A DNA stretch of 35,072 nt from Neoconidiobolus thromboides FSU 785 (Eukaryota; Fungi; Entomophthoromycota): the NCBI GenBank assembly GCA_025603075.1, contig MU626459.1, positions 1 to 35,072 on the forward strand, given 5' to 3'. Shown piece after piece: positions 33,210 to 35,072 of the stretch. Below the pieces are notes generated by a model, which was given only the letters and a program-made list of their open reading frames with translations, ran no database searches and was not told where the DNA came from. Position 1 is the stretch's first letter, and each line of letters starts with the position of its first letter. Made by a program: the position numbers and the translations under genes.

Positions 33210-35072
33210 TTACTCCTTAACATCCAAACAACTAAGTAAAGTATCTTTAAGCTCAGAACAAATAGGGAACTCAAATAATAGTATTTGAACTCTTTGAATT
33301 ACAAAATCGATATCAGATTTATTAGTAAATCTTTCCAAGTTATAAGCAAGTTGAAATAGTTCTAAAATAGATATACAATTTTGTTTCAAAAAGTCCATTA
33401 CTTCATTAGGACAATTACTTTGAAGTTGAAATTTCTCGCATGTTATTGCTAGAAGGAATACATAAAAGGCATTGAGTAGCTCTTCAAACTGGATTGCTCT
33501 TAAAATTGAATAAATCATTTTATTAATTGTATCAGTTGTGCTAGGTTTCAAGTTATTATTCAGATAACTTTTAAGTTGGGTTATAAGTTCAATATTATTT
33601 GGCGTATCAGTTAACTGTTCCATGATGTTCTCAAAATAAACGTAGGTTAATATTTTATAAATCGATGTTATTTTAAGGGCTGCTTCTAATACTATTAACA
33701 TATCTCTTGGTGATACTTGCCTTTGAACTTTGTTATTAACAACATAAGGACATATTAAATAAATTTGATTGCAATAGAGCAAAACAGAGTAACGTATTAA
33801 AAAATAAAATTTATGATGAATGCAAAGGTTATTTGAAAAATGACAAAGATAATTATGCATGCAAAGTGCTTCTTTCCTAACACCTCTTAAATATTCTTCC
33901 TCAATAAAGTTAGAATTGGGTTGAATATAACATTCGATTGCTTGTTGAACTCGTTTATAATCATTGTTTGTTAATTTAAATTTATTATAACAAATTTGTT
34001 CAGAATCGGAGACTGAGTTATTAAATGGTTTAAAATGGTTAGCAATAATAGCAAAGATTTCAATTGAATTAAGCCAGATAAATGAAGGGGTCCTCCTATT
34101 ATCTGCACACTTGTCAATGTAAGTGGAATACTTTATTTCAAGTCGATGTAATAGCTGCATATCAAGAGGCTGACTATCTATATGCTTTGGAAGAGCATTA
34201 CGATTGAGAAAGAGTAAATTGTTTGAATTCATAAAAAACGAAATATAGGCCCATAGTTTATACTTCTTTAGTATCAAACAAGCTTCTTGTTTTGATTTAT
34301 TTTGCAAATCCGCTTTCAAATCAATTTTATCAATCCCAAAACAATAAGCCATTCTCAATACTATTGGAAAGATATTTTTTATCAATTCAAAATTTGATTC
34401 ATAGCAGCTCATTTTAATAAATAGTATTAACGCTTTTAAATTGTCAAAGGTTACTGTATTAATACTCTGGTAAATCAAATTAACAGATTCCTTGTAAGTT
34501 TTATTAAATATGTCTTTTAACATTTCATCACATATCATATCATGAAAAAATCCAAATGTACTTAGCACAGTATAATAGATAAAATCGCCTTTCTTGTCTT
34601 TAATTATTTTAGTTAACTCTTGACTGGTAAACTCGGAGCCTGATCCTACCAATATGCAATTATGTGCATCTATCCCTATCTCTAAGAAACTTCCATAATC
34701 AAACTTGCTCGGTTCACTACCCACATGCTCTATGCTTCTACCACCGCGATTTCTCAAACTATATAATTGATCCGAATGGAACTTCATATAATCCTCTATA
34801 ACACTTTCTACTTTTCTTATATTTATAGCGAAATAATCCCAACATCTAGTTTCTAAATATTCTTTTGAGGCACCTGTACTTAGCTTAATTTGGTTACTAG
34901 CCCAGATTAAATATCGTTTGATATAATTTAATCTCTTAATATTATAGTATAGAATTGACTTTGACCTTAAAGTTGAACTTTTTAACTCACATTCAATTTC
35001 ATTTATCGCTTGAAACAACTGTTTAGTTTGTGCCTCTAAAAGGTCTATCCTTTCATTTACTTTCTCTCGTTT
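33210..35072 (-). CDS. Probable fungal-specific (Zn2Cys6-type) transcription factor, 5' end outside the window
   Basis: The frame stays open to the window edge (KREKVNERIDLLEAQTKQLFQ, a coiled-coil-like stretch typical of the dimerisation segment). IVLRMAYCFGID...KKYKLWAYI resembles the Fungal_trans middle-homology motif. The Zn cluster itself is not visible. Confidence 0.6.
   Translation of the reverse strand, partial: KREKVNERIDLLEAQTKQLFQAINEIECELKSSTLRSKSILYYNIKRLNYIKRYLIWASNQIKLSTGASKEYLETRCWDYFAINIRKVESVIEDYMKFHSDQLYSLRNRGGRSIEHVGSEPSKFDYGSFLEIGIDAHNCILVGSGSEFTSQELTKIIKDKKGDFIYYTVLSTFGFFHDMICDEMLKDIFNKTYKESVNLIYQSINTVTFDNLKALILFIKMSCYESNFELIKNIFPIVLRMAYCFGIDKIDLKADLQNKSKQEACLILKKYKLWAYISFFMNSNNLLFLNRNALPKHIDSQPLDMQLLHRLEIKYSTYIDKCADNRRTPSFIWLNSIEIFAIIANHFKPFNNSVSDSEQICYNKFKLTNNDYKRVQQAIECYIQPNSNFIEEEYLRGVRKEALCMHNYLCHFSNNLCIHHKFYFLIRYSVLLYCNQIYLICPYVVNNKVQRQVSPRDMLIVLEAALKITSIYKILTYVYFENIMEQLTDTPNNIELITQLKSYLNNNLKPSTTDTINKMIYSILRAIQFEELLNAFYVFLLAITCEKFQLQSNCPNEVMDFLKQNCISILELFQLAYNLERFTNKSDIDFVIQRVQILLFEFPICSELKDTLLSCLDVKE

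Overview
Very AT-rich eukaryotic genomic DNA with short GT-AG introns (43-55 nt, one of 99 nt). It is most likely a fungus; an early-diverging lineage such as Entomophthoromycotina/Conidiobolus-like is my inference, not established. Ten genes look intact: an 8-exon ABCC (MRP/Ybt1-type) transporter, an F-box-like protein, a secreted proteinase-K-type subtilisin, a bacterial-type CAP/SCP protein, a GLUT-type sugar porter, a 5-exon WSC-domain membrane protein that the ORF track shows only as fragments, an Opy2-domain membrane protein, a secreted N/Y/K-rich orphan, an OPT/YSL-family transporter, and a probable fungal transcription factor cut by the window end. There is also a multiply disabled DHA2-type MFS pseudogene. 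The intergenic DNA is dominated by two repeat families. The first is a ~96-bp hairpin MITE-like element (GGGGATGT...ACATCCCC) with about 18 copies or fragments and 4-bp AWWT-type target duplications. The second is a ~460-bp solo-LTR family (TGTGAAAT...ATTTCACA) with four copies: two have 4-bp TSDs, one is mosaic, and two lie in or against a MITE terminus. I found no transposase or gag-pol coding sequence, RNA gene or CRISPR array. The most novel-looking signals are this MITE/LTR repeat ecology and the head-to-head WSC/Opy2 sensor-like gene pair. All alignments and translations were done by eye, and no database search was run.
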